Part shown: piece after piece, positions 1 to 14,144 of the stretch
Position numbering within the stretch: the stretch's first letter is position 1
Layout: each line of letters opens with the position of its first letter
Assembly: GCA_964016885.1 (NCBI GenBank)
Contig: CAXHJY010001738.1
Span: forward strand, 372,001 to 436,000
Source: Eledone cirrhosa
Taxonomy: Eukaryota
Direction of reading: 5' to 3'
Length of the DNA: 64,000 bases
Translations under genes and position numbers: made by a program
The notes under the pieces: generated by a model
What the model saw: only the letters and a program-made list of their open reading frames with translations
Database searches by the model: none
What the model was told of the DNA's origin: nothing

Positions 1-3000
1 CAGACGGTGGTGCCAAGGCTTGCAGACGGTGGTGCCAGGGTTTGCAGACGGTGGTGCCAGGGTTTGCTGACGGTGGTACAAGGGTTTGCAGACGGTGGTA
101 CCAGGGTTTGCAGACGGTGGTACCAGGGTTTGCAGACGGTGGTGCCCGTGTTTGCAGACGGTGGTGCCAGGGTTTGCGGGAGGTGGTGTCAGGGTTTGCA
201 AACGGTGGTGCACGGGTTTGCAGACGGTGGTGCAAGGGTTTGCGGGAGGTGGTGTCAGGGTTTGCAGACGGTGGTGCACGGGTTTGCAGACGATGGTGCA
301 AGGGTTTGCGGGAGGTGGTGTCAGGGTTTGCAGACGGTGGTGCACGGCTTTGCGGGAGGTGGTGTCAGGGTTTGCGGGTGATGGTGCCCGGGTTTGCAGA
401 CGGTGGTGCCCGGGTTTGCAGACGGTGGTGCCCGGGTTTGCAGACGGTGGTGCCAGCGTTTGCGGGAGGTGGTGTCAGGGTTTGCAGACGGTGGTGCACG
501 GGTTTGCAGACGGTGGTGCAAGGGTTTGCGGGAGGTGGTGTCAGGGTTTGCGGGTGATGGTGCCCGGGTTTGCAGACGGTGGTGCCCGGGTTTGCAGACG
601 GTGGTGCCCGGGTTTGCAGACGGTGGTGCCAGGGTTTGCAGACGATGGTGCCAGGGTTTGCAGATGCTGGTGCCAGGGTTTGCAGACGGTTGTGTCCGGG
701 TTTGCAGACGGTGGTTTCCGGGTTTGCAGACGGTGGTGTCCGGGTTTGCAGACGGTGGTGTCCGGGTTTGTAGACGGTGGTGCCAGGGTCTGCAGACGGT
801 GGTGCCCGGGTTTGCAGACGGTGGTGCCAGGGTTTGCAGACGGTGGTGCCAGGGTTTGCAGACGGTGGTGCCAGGGTTCGCGGACGCTGGTGCCAGGGTT
901 TGCAGACGGTGGTGTCCGGGTTTGCAGACGGTGGTGCCAGGGTTCGCAGACGCTGGTGCCAGTGTTTGCAGACGGTGGTGCCAGGGTTCGCGGACGCTGG
1001 TGCCAGGGTTTGCAGACGGTGGTGCCCGGGTTTGCAGACGGTGGTGTCAGGGTTTGCAGACGGTGGTGTCCGGGTTTGCAGACGGTGGTGTCCGGGTTTG
1101 CAGACGGTGGTGCCAGGGTTTGCGGACGGTGGTTCCAGGGTTTGCGGGAGGTGGTGTCCAGGTTTGCAGACGGTGGTGTCCGGTTTTGCAGACGGTGGTG
1201 CCCGGGTTTGCAGACGGTGGTGCGAGGGTTTGCAGACGGTGGTGTCCAGGTTTGCAGACGGTGGTGTCCGGGTTTGCAGACGGTGGTGTCCGGGATTGCA
1301 GACGGTGGTGCCAGGTTTTGCGGGAGGTGGTGTCAGGGTTTGCGGGAGATGGTGCCCGGGTTTGCAGACGGTGGTGCCCGGGTTTGCGGGAGGTGGTGTC
1401 CAGGTTTGCAGACGGTGGTGTCCGGGTTTGCAGACGTTGGTGCCCGGATTTGCAGACGGTGGTGCGAGGGTTTGCAGACGGTGGTGTCCAGGTTTGCAGA
1501 CGGTGGTGTCCGGGTTTGCAGACGGTGGTGTCCGGGTTTGCAGACGGTGGTGCCAGGGTTTGCAGGAGGTGGTGTCCGGGTTTGCAGACGGTGGTGTCCG
1601 GGTTTGCAGACGGTGCTGCCCGGCTTTGCAGACGGTGCTGCCCGGGTTTGCGGGAGATGGTGCCAGGGTTTGCGGGAGATGGTGCTCGGGTTTGCAGACG
1701 GTGGTGTCCGGGTTTGCAGACGGTGGTGTCCGGGTTTGCAGACGGTGGTATCCGGGTTTGCAGACGGTGCTGCCCGGGTTTGCGTGAGATGGTGCCAGGG
1801 TTTGCGGGAGATGGTGCCCGGGTTTGCAGACGGTGGTGTCCGGGTTTGCAGACGGTGGTGTCCGGGTTTGCAGACGGTGGTGTCCGGGTTTGCAGACGGT
1901 GGTGCCAGGGTTTGCGGGAGGTGGTGTCAGGGTTTGCGGGAGATGGTGCCCGGGTTTGCAGAGGGTGGTGCCCGGGTTTGCAGACGGTGGTGACAGGGTT
2001 AGCGGGAGGTGGTGTCAGGGTTTGCGGGAGATGGTGCCCGGGTTTGCAGACGGTGGTGCCCAGGTTTGCAGACGGTGGTGCCCGGGTTTGCAGACGGTGG
2101 TGCCAGGGTTTGCGGGAGGTGGTGTCAGGGTTTGCGGGTGCTGGTGCCAGGGTTTGCAGACGGTGGTGCCCGGGTTTGCAGACGGTGGTGCCAGGGTTTG
2201 CGGGAGGTGGTGCTAGGGTTTGCAGACGGTGGTACCAGGGTTTGCAGACGGTGGTACCAGGGTTTGCCGAGGGTGGTGTCCGGGTTTGCAGACGGTGGTG
2301 CCAGGGTTTGCAGACGGTGGTGTCCGGGTTTGCAGACGGTGGTGCCAGGGTCTGCAGACGGTGGTACCAGGGTTTGCAGACGGTGGTGCCAGGGTTTGCA
2401 GACGGTGGTGCCAGGGTTTGCACACGGTGGTGTCCGTGTTTGCAGACGGTGGTGTCCGGGTTTGCAGACGGTGGTGTCCGGGTTTCCAGACGGTGTTGTC
2501 CGGGTTTGCAGACGGTGGTGTCCGGGTTTGCAGACGGTGGTGTACGGGTTTGCAGACGGTGTGTCCGGGTTTGCAGACGGTGGTGCCAGGGTTTGCGGGA
2601 TGTGGTGTCAGGGATTGCAGACGGTGGTGCCCGGCTTTGCAGACGGTGGTACCAGGGTTTGCAGACGGTGGTGCTAGGGTTTGCAGACGGTGGTGCCAGG
2701 TTTTGCGGGAGGTTGTGCCAGGGTTTGCGGGAGGTGGTGTCAGGGTTTGCGGGAGGTGGTGTCAGGGTTTGCAGACGGTGGAGCCAGGGTTTTCAGACAG
2801 TGGTGCCAGGGTTTGCGGGAGGTGGTGTCAGGGTTTGCAGACGGTGGTGCCCGGGTTTGCTGGAGGTGGTGTCCGGGTTTGCAGACGGTGGTGCCAGGGT
2901 TTGCAGACGGTGGTGCCCGGGTTTGCGGGAGGTGGTGTCATGGTTTGCGGGAGGTGGTGTCCGGGTTTGCAGACGGTGGTGTCCGGGTTTGCAGACGGTG

Positions 3001-6000
3001 GTGTCCGGGTTTGCAGACGGTGGTGCCAGGGTTTGCGGGAGGTGGCGCCCGGGTTTGCGGGAGGTGGTGTCAGGGTTTGCGGGAGGTGGTGCCCGGGTTT
3101 GCAGACGGTGGTGTCAGGGTTTGAGGGAGGTGATGTCCGGGTTTGCAGACGGTGGTGCCATGGTTTGCGGGAGGTTGTGTCCGGGTTTGTAGAGGGTGGT
3201 GCCCGGGTTTTCAGACGGTGGTGCCAGGGTTTGCAGACGGTGGTGCCAGGGTTTGCGGGAGGTGGTGTCAGGGTTTGCAGACGGTGGTGCCCGGGTTTGC
3301 AGACGGTGGTGTCAGGGTTTGCGGGAGGTGGTGTCAGGGTTTGCGGGAAGTGGTGTCCGGGTTTGCAGACGGTGGTGCCAGGGTTTGCGGGAAGTGGTGT
3401 CCGGGTTTGCAGACGGTGGTGCCAGGGTTTGCAGACGGTGGTGTCCGGGTTTGCAGACGGTGGTGCCATGGTTTGCAGACGGTGGTGTCAGGGTTTGCGG
3501 GAAGTGGTGTTCGGGTTTGCAGACGGTGGTGCCAGGGTTTGCAGACGGTGGTGCCCGGGTTTGCAGACGGTGGTGTCAGGGTTTGCGGGAGGTGGTGTCC
3601 GGGTTTGCAGACGGTGGTACCATGGTTTGCAGACGGTGGTGTCAGGGTTTGCGGGAGGTGGTGCCAGGGTTTGCAGACGGTGGTGCCAGGGTTTGCAGAC
3701 GGTGGTGCCCGGGTTTGCAGACGGTGGTGTCAGGGTTTGCGGGAGGTGGTGTCAGGGTTTGCGGGAGGTGGTGTCAGGGTTTGCAGACGGTGGTGCCAGG
3801 ATTTGCAGACGGTGGTGCCCGGGTTTGCAGACGGTGGTGTCAGGGTTTGCAGACGGTGGTGCCCGGGTTTGCAGACGGTGGTGCCAGGGTTTGCAGACGG
3901 TGGTGCCAGGGTTTGCGGGAGGTGGTGTCCGGGTTTGCAGACGGTGGTGCCAGGGTTTGCAGACGGTGGTGTCCGGGTTTGCAGACGGTGGTGCCAGGGT
4001 TTGCGGGAGGTGGTGTCCGGGTTTGCAGACGGTGGTGCCTGGGTTTGCAGACGGTGGTTCCCGGGTTTGCAGACGGTGGTGTCAGGGTTTGCGGGAGGTG
4101 ATGTCCGGGTTTGCAGACGATGGTGCCATGGTTTGCAGACGGTGGTGTCAGGGTTTGCAGGAGGTTGTGTCCGGGTTTGCAGACGGTGGTGCCAGGGTTT
4201 TCAGACGGTGGTGCCAGGGTTTGCAGACGGTGGTTCCAGGGTTTGCGGGAGGTGGTGTCAGGGTTTGCAGACGGTGGTGCCCGGGTTTGCAGACGGTGGT
4301 GTCAGGGTTTGCGGGAGGTGGTGTCCGGGTTTGCAGACGGTGGTGCCAGGGTTTGCAGACGGTGGTGCCAGGGTTTGCAGACGGTGGTGTCAGGGTTTGC
4401 GGCAGCTGATGTCCGGGTTTGCAGACGGTGGTGCCATGGTTTGCAGACGGTGGTGTCAGGGTTTGCGGGAGGTTGTGTCCGGGTTTGCAGACGGAGGTGC
4501 CAGGGTTTGCAGACGGTGGTGCCAGGGTTTGCAGACGGTGGTGCCAGGGTTTGCGGGAGGTGGTGTGCGGGTTTGCAGACGGTGGTGCCATGGTTTGCAG
4601 ACGGTGGTGTCAGGGTTTGCGGGAGGTGGTGTCCGGGTTTCCAGACGGTGGTGCCAGGGTTTGCAGACGGTGGTGCCAGGCTTTGCTGACGGTGGTGCCA
4701 GGGTTTGCAGACGGTGGTGTCAGGGTTTGCGGGAGGTGGTGCCAGGGTTTGCAGACGGTGGTGCCAGGGTTTGCAGACGGTGGTGCCCGGGTTTGCAGAC
4801 GGTGGTGTCAGGGTTTGCGGGAGGTGGTGTCAGGGTTTGCGGGAGGTGGTGTCAGGGTTTGCAGACGGTGGTGCCAGGGTTTGCAGACGGTGGTGCCCGG
4901 GTTTGCAGACGGTGGTGTCAGGGTTTGCAGACGGTGGTACCCGGGTTTGCAGACGGTGGTGCCAGGGTTTGCAGACGGTGGTGCCAGGGTTTGCGGGAGG
5001 TGGTGTCCGGGTTTGCAGACGGTGGTGCCAGGGTTTGCAGATGGTGGTGTCCGGGTTTGCAGACGGTGGTGCCAGGGTTTGCGGGAGGTGGTGTCCGGGT
5101 TTGCAGACGGTGGTGCCTGGGTTTGCAAACGGTGGTGCCCGGGTTTGCAGACGGTGGTGTCAGGGTTTGCGGGAGGTGATGTCCGGGTTTGCAGACGATG
5201 GTGCCATGGTTTGCAGACGGTGGTGTCAGGGTTTGCAGGAGGTTGTGTCCGGATTTGCAGACGGTGGTGCCAGGGTTTTCAGACGGTGGTGCCAGGGTTT
5301 GCAGACGGTGGTTCCAGGGTTTGCGGGAGGTGGTGTCAGGGTTTGCAGACGGTGGTGCCCGGGTTTGCAGACGGTGGTGTCAGGGTTTGCGGGAGGTGGT
5401 GTCCGGGTTTGCAGACGGTGGTGCCAGGGTTTGCAGACGGTGGTGCCAGGGTTTGCAGACGGTGGTGCCAGGGTTTGCGGGAGGTGGTGTCCGGGTTTGC
5501 AGACGGTGGTGCCATGGTTTGCAGACGGTGGTGTCAGGGTTTGCGGGAGGTGGTGTCCGGGTTTCCAGACGGTGGTGCCAGGGTTTGCAGACGGTGGTGC
5601 CAGGCTTTGCTGACGGTGGTGCCAGGGTTTGCAGACGGTGGTGTCAGGGTTTGCGGGAGGTGGTGTCAGGGTTTGCAGACGGTGGTGCCAGGGTTTGCAG
5701 ACGGTGGTGCCCGGGTTTGCAGACGGTGGTGTCAGGGTTTGCAGACGGTGGTGCCCGGGTTTGCAGACGGTGGTGTCAGGGTTTGCAGACGGTGGTGCCA
5801 GGGTTTGCAGACGGTGGTGCCCGGGTTTGTATACGGTGGTGTCAGGGTTTGCGGGAGGTGGTGTCCGTGTTTGGAGACGGTGGTGCCCGGGTTTGCGGGA
5901 GGTGGTGTCAGGGTTTGCAGACGGTGGTGCCCGGGTTTGCAGACGGTGGTGCCAGGGTTTGCAGACGGTGGTGCCCGAGTTTGCAGACGGTGGTGCCAGG

Positions 6001-9000
6001 GTTTGCAGACGGTGGTGCCAGTGTTTGCAGACGGTGGTGCCAGGGTTTGCAGACGGTGGTGTCAGGGTTTGCGGGAGGTGGTGTCAGGGTTTGCAGACGG
6101 TGGTGCCAGGGTTTGCAGACGGTGGTGCCCGGGTTTGCAGACGGTGGTGTCAGGGTCTGCGGGAGGTGGTGTCCGGGTTTGCAGACGGTGGTGCCATGGT
6201 TTGCAGACGGTGGTGTCAGGATTTGCGGGAGGTGGTGTCCGGGTTTGCAGACGGTGGTGCCAGGCTTTGCAGACGGTGGTGCCAGGGTTTGCAGACGGTG
6301 GTGCCCGGGTTTGTATACGGTGGTGTCAGGGTTTGCGGGAGGTGGTGTCCGTGTTTGGAGACGGTGGTGCCCGGGTTTGCGGGAGGTGGTGTCAGGGTTT
6401 GCAGACGGTGGTGCCCGGGTTTGCAGACGGTGGTGCCAGGGTTTGCAGACGGTGGTGCCCGAGTTTGCAGACGGTGGTGCCAGGGTTTGCAGACGGTGGT
6501 GCCAGGGTTTGCAGACGGTGGTGCCAGGGTTTGCAGACGGTGGTGTCAGGGTTTGCGGGAGGTGGTGTCAGGGTTTGCAGACGGTGGTGCCAGGGTTTGC
6601 AGACGGTGGTTCCCGGGTTTGCAGACGGTGGTGTCAGGGTTTGCAGACGGTGGTGCCAGGGTTTGCTGACGGTGGTGCCAGGGTTTGCAGACGGTGGTGT
6701 CAGGGTTTGCAGACGGTGGTGCCAGGGTTTGCAGACGGTGGTGCCAGGGTTTGCAGACGGTGGTGCCAGGGTTTGCAGACGGTGGTGCCAGGGTTTGCAG
6801 ACGGTGGTGCCCGGGTTTGCAGACGGTGGTGTCAGGGTTTGCGGGAGGTGGTGTCCGGGTTTGCAGACGGTGGTGCCATGGTTTGCAGACGGTGGTGTCA
6901 GGGTTTGCGGGAGGTGGTGTCCGGGTTTGCAGACGGTGGTGCCAGGGTTTGCAGACGGTGGTGCCAGGGTTTGCTGACGGTGGTGCCAGGGTTTGCAGAC
7001 GGTGGTGTCAGGGTTTGCGGGAGGTGGTGTCAGGGTTTGCAGACGGTGGTGCCCGGGTTTGCAGACGGTGGTGTCAGGGTTTGCAGACGGTGGTGCCAGG
7101 GTTTGCAGACGGTGGTGTCAGGGTTTGCGGGAGGTGGTGCCAGGGTTTGCAGACGGTGGTGCCAGGGTTTGCAGACGGTGATGTCAGGGTTTGCGGGAGG
7201 TGGTGCCAGGGTTTGCAGACGGTGGTGCCTGGGTTTGCAGACGGTGGTGCCCGGGTTTGCAGACGGTGGTGCCCGGGTTTGCAGACGGTGGTGCCAGGGT
7301 TTGCAGACGGTGTTGCCAGGGTTTGCAGACGGTGGTGCCAGGGTTTGCAGACGGTGGTGCCAGGGTTTGCAGACGGTGGTGCCAGGGTTTGCAGACGGTG
7401 GTGCCAGGGTTTGCAGACGGTGGTGCCAGGGTTTGCAGACGGTGGTGCCAGGGTTTGCAGATGGTGGTGCCAGGGTTTGCAGACGGTGGTGCCAGGGTTT
7501 GCAGACGGTGGTGCCAGGGTTTGCAGACGGTGGTGCCAGGGTTTGCAGACTGTGGTGCCAGGGTTTGCAGACGGTGGTGCCAGGGTTTGCAGACGGTGGT
7601 GCCAGGGTTTGCAGACGGTGGTGCCAGGGTTTGCAGACGGTGGTGCCAGGGTTTGCAGACGGTGGTGCCCGGGTTTGCAGACGGTGGTGCCAGGGTTTGC
7701 AGACGGTGGCGCCTGGGTTTGCAGACGGTGGTGCCAGGGTTTGCAGACGGTGGTGCCAGGGTTTGCAGACGGTGGTGCCAGGGTTTGCAGACGGTGGTGC
7801 CAGGGTTTGCAGACGGTGGTGCCAGGGTTTGCAGACGGTGGTGCCAGGGTTTGCAGACGGTGGCGCCTGGGTTTGCAGACGGTGGTGCCAGGGTTTGCAG
7901 ACGGTGGTGCCAGGGTTTGCAGACGGTGGTGCCAGGGTTTGCAGACGGTGGTGCCCGGGTTTGCAGACGGTGGTGCCCGGGTTTGCAGACGGTGGTGCCA
8001 GGGTTTGCAGACGGTGGTGCCTGGGTTTGCAGACGGTGGTGCCAGGGTTTTCAGACGGTGGTGCCCGGGTTTGCAGACGGTGGTGCCCGGGTTTGCAGAC
8101 GGTGGTGCCAGGGTTTGCAGACGGTGGTGCCTGGGTTTGCAGACGGTGGTGCCAGGGTTTGCAGACGGTGGTGTCCGGGTTTGCAGACGGTGGTGCCTGG
8201 GTTTGCAGACGGTGGTGCCAGGGTTTGCAGACGGTTGTGCCTGGGTTTGCAGACGGTGGTTCCAGGGTTTGCAGACGGTGGTGCCCGGGTTTGCAGACGG
8301 TGGTGCCCGGGTTTGCAGACGTTGGTGCCAGGGTTTGCAGACGGTGGTGCCAGGGTTTGCAGACGGTGGTGCCTGGGTTTGCAGACGGTGGTGCCAGGGT
8401 TTGCAGACGGTGGTGCCTGGGTTTGCAGACGGTGGTGCCAGGGTTTGCAGACGGTGGTGTCCGGGTTTGCAGACGGTGGTGCCCGGGTTTGCGGGAGGTG
8501 GTGCCAGTGTTTGCGGGAGGTGGTGCCAGGGTTTGCGGGAGGTGGTGCCAGGGTTTGCAGACGGTGGTGCCAGGGTTTGCGGGAGGTGGTGCCAGGTTTT
8601 GCAGACGGTGGCGTCCGGGTTTGCGGGAGGTGGTGCCAGGGTTTGCAGATGGTGGTGCCAGGGTTTGCAGACGGTGGTGCCTGGGTTTGCAGACGGTGGT
8701 GCCCGGGTTTGCGGGAGGTGGTGCCAGTGTTTGCAGACGGTTGTGCCCGTGTTTGCTGAAGGTGGTGCCAGGGTTTGCAGACGGTGGTGCCCGGGTTTGC
8801 AGACGGTAGTGCCAGGGTTTGCAGACGGTGGTGCCAGGGTTTGCAGACAGTGGTGCCAGGGTTTGCAGACGGTGGTCCCAGCGCTTGTGGAAGGTGGTGC
8901 CCGGGTTTGCTGAAGGTGGTGCCAGGGTTTGCAGACGGTGGTGCCAGGGTTTGTGGAAGGTGGTGCCCGGGTTTGCTGAAGGTGGTGCCAGGGTTTGCAG

Positions 9001-9008
9001 ACGGTGAT
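1..9008. repeat. 22-bp tandem minisatellite/satellite, consensus CAGACGGTGGTGCCAGGGTTTG, runs off the left edge
   Basis: About 409 contiguous units. Common variants: CGGGAG for CAGACG, and GTCC/GCCC/GTCA for GCCA. The long ORFs in all three + frames arise because the consensus has no stop codon. Confidence 0.98.
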
Positions 9009-9165
9009 GAATTGACTGGTTATAACTTTGTATTGGTGATCGAATGACGTGAAAATAAGCGGATAGCGATCTCTAGACCTACCAGTTCAGAGAAACAACT
9101 GTCAGCAATGAGATTAAAAACCTTTTTTGTATAGCAAACCGTGTCACTCTTCTTTCCTGATTTAT
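9005..9165 (+). mobile_element. Truncated PLE 3' terminus (HHR lacking its 5' stem I strand, plus tail); copy of 19340-19498
   Basis: Near-identical to 19340-19498; begins inside the TGATGA core and ends in (TA)n. Confidence 0.75.
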
Positions 9166-9169
9166 TATT

Positions 9170-9228
<59 letters not shown>

Positions 9229-9265
9229 TACATATATATACATATATATATATACATATATATAC

Positions 9266-9356
<91 letters not shown>

Positions 9357-9374
9357 TATACATATATATATATA

Positions 9375-9690
<316 letters not shown>

Positions 9691-9714
9691 CTGATAGTGC
9701 TTCTTATAGCTGTA

Positions 9715-9800
9715 ATTGACCTGATGAGTCCTTAATAGGACGAAACATTGTTGCCTAATAAAGACTTTTGATGTATTGAAGGTTTCTTTGGTTTATTCTA
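9715..9800 (+). ncRNA. Degenerate type I hammerhead ribozyme plus tail, related to 58212-58305
   Basis: CTGATGA-GTCC-TTAATA-GGAC-GAAA-CATTG-TT; cleavage triplet mutated to GTT and stem I eroded. Confidence 0.7.
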
Positions 9801-9815
9801 ATAATATATATATAT

Positions 9816-9846
<31 letters not shown>

Positions 9847-9848
9847 TA

Positions 9849-10171
<323 letters not shown>

Positions 10172-10350
10172 AACTACCAAAATATACGGTAGTATCCAAT
10201 CCGTATGAACAACTCAATGTAATCCAAATATCATGAAAAGAGAAGATGCATTCAAAATTTTTTCGATGAAAAATACAGGAAAACAGAGTCAAGAAAAATT
10301 AATGAAAATAATGAATAAAAACAAAGAAACAGTTCCTTATATTAAAAAAT

Positions 10351-10490
10351 TCATAATTTTACGTTCGTTTCTAGGATATATATGTGTGTGTGTTGGTATG
10401 TATATCATATAGATCTATGTAAAATGTTAACAAACTATCAGAGGGAATATACATACCTACACATATATATGCTGTCTTCAGAAATAATGA
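10351..10490 (-). ncRNA. Type I hammerhead ribozyme, inverted copy of 10978-11115
   Basis: Reverse complement of the + copy with a few substitutions in stems I and III. Confidence 0.7.
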
Positions 10491-10977
10491 TATTTGTTTA
10501 TTGAAAAAACCAACAATGATTTAATATAATAGGTCTGTTTGGGAATAGGTTTTGAATTGACCAATAGAAAGGTAGTAAGTGGTATGTAAATATACATATC
10601 AATTAAATTAATTTAATTTCTTTTTATAGATCTATATTCCTTATGTTTTAAATAAGATTGATATTTTTCACTAACACATTTATAGTAAAACTTTATTCTC
10701 CTTAGATTTTAACATTAGCATTATTCTTTAATAACATCAAATTTTCGTGTACCTTTCACCGGCTTGACCTATTTTCATCCCCAAAGTAATCTTTTCATTC
10801 AAAATATTCTTTCCATTCAAAACTGAAGTCTGCTTTCCTCTACCCCTAAATTAAATTTCTACTACTACTATTCTATCAACTTGACCACTTACTACCTTTC
10901 TATTGGTCAATTCAAAACCTCTTCCCAAACAGACCTATTATATTAAATCTTCGTTGGTTTTTTTCAATAAACAAATA

Positions 10978-11115
10978 TCATTATTTCTGAAGACAGCATA
11001 TATATGTGTAGGTATGTATATTCCCTCTGATAGTTTGTAAAATGTTTACATAGATCTATATGATATACATACCAACACACACATATATATCCTAGAAACG
11101 ATCGTAAAATGATGA
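10978..11115 (+). ncRNA. Type I hammerhead ribozyme with about 100-nt stem II
   Basis: Stem I TCATTATTT/AAATGATGA; core CTGAAGA at 10987; GAAA at 11095; palindromic stem III A-CGATCG-T; GUA site. Confidence 0.8.
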
Positions 11116-11166
11116 ATTTTTTAATATAAGGAACTGTTTCTTTGTTTTTATTCATTATTTTTATTA

Positions 11167-11201
<35 letters not shown>

Positions 11202-11204
<3 letters not shown>

Positions 11205-11407
11205 CGTTTCTGAATTTGTTTAGCAAGATTCTTTATCTGAAATCGTGTGTTGAAACCGATATTGTTATACTTTGGGAGGGTCATGTTGCCAACCAACCAA
11301 CCAGAAATTTATAAATTTGTAAATTTATAAATATATAATAAATTAAATTGAAGTGAAATCAACTGGTGCGTGTGTTTCTTATTGGCAACATGACCCTCCC
11401 AAAGTAT

Positions 11408-11414
<7 letters not shown>
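11202..11414. mobile_element. Internally deleted version of palindrome 44659-45260; contains a PLE ORF start ([27 protein letters not shown])
   Basis: Both outer ends match 44659-45260; the centre with both HHRs is missing. Confidence 0.85.
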
Positions 11415-11484
<70 letters not shown>

Positions 11485-11679
11485 ATGTAGAAAAGTAACA
11501 CATGAGTTGATATATATAAAAACAAGTAGGAGAAAGGAAAAAGATTTTTTCAGTAGAAAATGGTGAAGAAATTTTTTCAGTGAAATATCAAAACATTACA
11601 ATACCGGTTTCAGTATTATATGTCAATTACGGATATACAGAATATTGTTAAGCTGCATATTTGTACAAATAGTGATAAT

Positions 11680-11884
11680 AATTGTTTCTACTTTTGGCAG
11701 AAGCCCACCAATTACCCAGTTACTGGTACCAATTACCAATTACTGGTACTTTATTTTATCGACCCCGTAAGGATGAAAGGCAAAGTTAACTTCGACGGGA
11801 TTTGAACTCAGACCGTAAAGGGACGTAACTCTTTGCTGCAAAGCATGGCATCAGACCCTCTACTGGTACTGCCAATCTACCGCC
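11680..11884 (-). mobile_element. tRNA-derived SINE (octopus-type family)
   Basis: Minus strand has A-box-like TGGCAGTACCAGTAG, B-box GAGTTCAAATCCC, and body CTTTGCCTTTCATCCTTACGGGGTCGATAAAATAAAGTACCAGT; at least 8 copies in the window. Confidence 0.85.
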
Positions 11885-11980
11885 CTGATAATAGTAATAA
11901 TAATAATAAAAATAAAATGGGGAAGAAAAATTAATTTTCACATACATGTTCATTCAAAGAAGGGAGTTCATTTCTCTGTC

Positions 11981-12019
11981 CATCCTACTCTGCTTATAGA
12001 CTATAAGCAGAGTAGGATG
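11981..12019. repeat. Perfect hairpin CATCCTACTCTGCTTATAG-A-CTATAAGCAGAGTAGGATG (also at about 21210-21248)
   Basis: Two 19-bp arms around a single central base; right arm runs into TA repeats. Confidence 0.85.
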
Positions 12020-12068
12020 TATATATATGTATCTATACATCCTACATATGTATATATACATCCTACTC

Positions 12069-12119
12069 TGACCCCTGCGCAAGGATGACACGCAAATTCG
12101 TGAAGCGTTCCATATGTTT
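12069..12119 (+). pseudogene. RNU6: U6 snRNA 3'-half retrocopy (5' truncated)
   Basis: CCCCTGCGCAAGGATGACACGCAAATTCGTGAAGCGTTCCATATGTTT matches the conserved metazoan U6 3' end (...CCATATTTTT) with one substitution in the oligo-U. Confidence 0.95.
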
Positions 12120-12134
12120 GGGGTCCTACTCGTT

Positions 12135-12179
<45 letters not shown>

Positions 12180-12345
12180 ATTGAAATATAAATGAAATAA
12201 ATGACATAAATGAAATATAAATGAAATATAAATGAAATAAACAAACGAAGATGGGTGAACTGCACTGCGTTGAGTACTCTTCACAATATTACACCAAGAT
12301 TGACCATACGGGATGACCAGTTCTATCCAGTGGTGAACCAACAAA

Positions 12346-12401
<56 letters not shown>

Positions 12402-12547
12402 GAAGTTATATTTAATTTGTTGGGATTCAACAAGCTTAAATGTTTTATAACTGATATAAAGCACTCAACAAATTACTGGAGTAAATATTCAACATATTAA
12501 TAAATGGAAACTATATTTATAAAACCATATTTATTTTATTATATATA

Positions 12548-13990
<1,443 letters not shown>

Positions 13991-13995
13991 GTATA

Positions 13996-14090
<95 letters not shown>

Positions 14091-14144
14091 GTATATATAT
14101 GTATATATATATGTATGTATATGTATATATATATGTGTATGTAT

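Noticed and set aside
1-9008. CRISPR array or telomere repeat
   Set aside because: Units are contiguous with no unique spacers; AGGGTTT only superficially resembles TTAGGG.
7-9047. Very long ORFs (up to 1206 aa) as a repetitive protein gene
   Set aside because: All three + frames are open because the 22-bp unit lacks stops; no frame preference and no unique domain.
12069-12119. Functional U6 gene
   Set aside because: The 5' half including the ACAGAGA box is absent and there is no promoter context.
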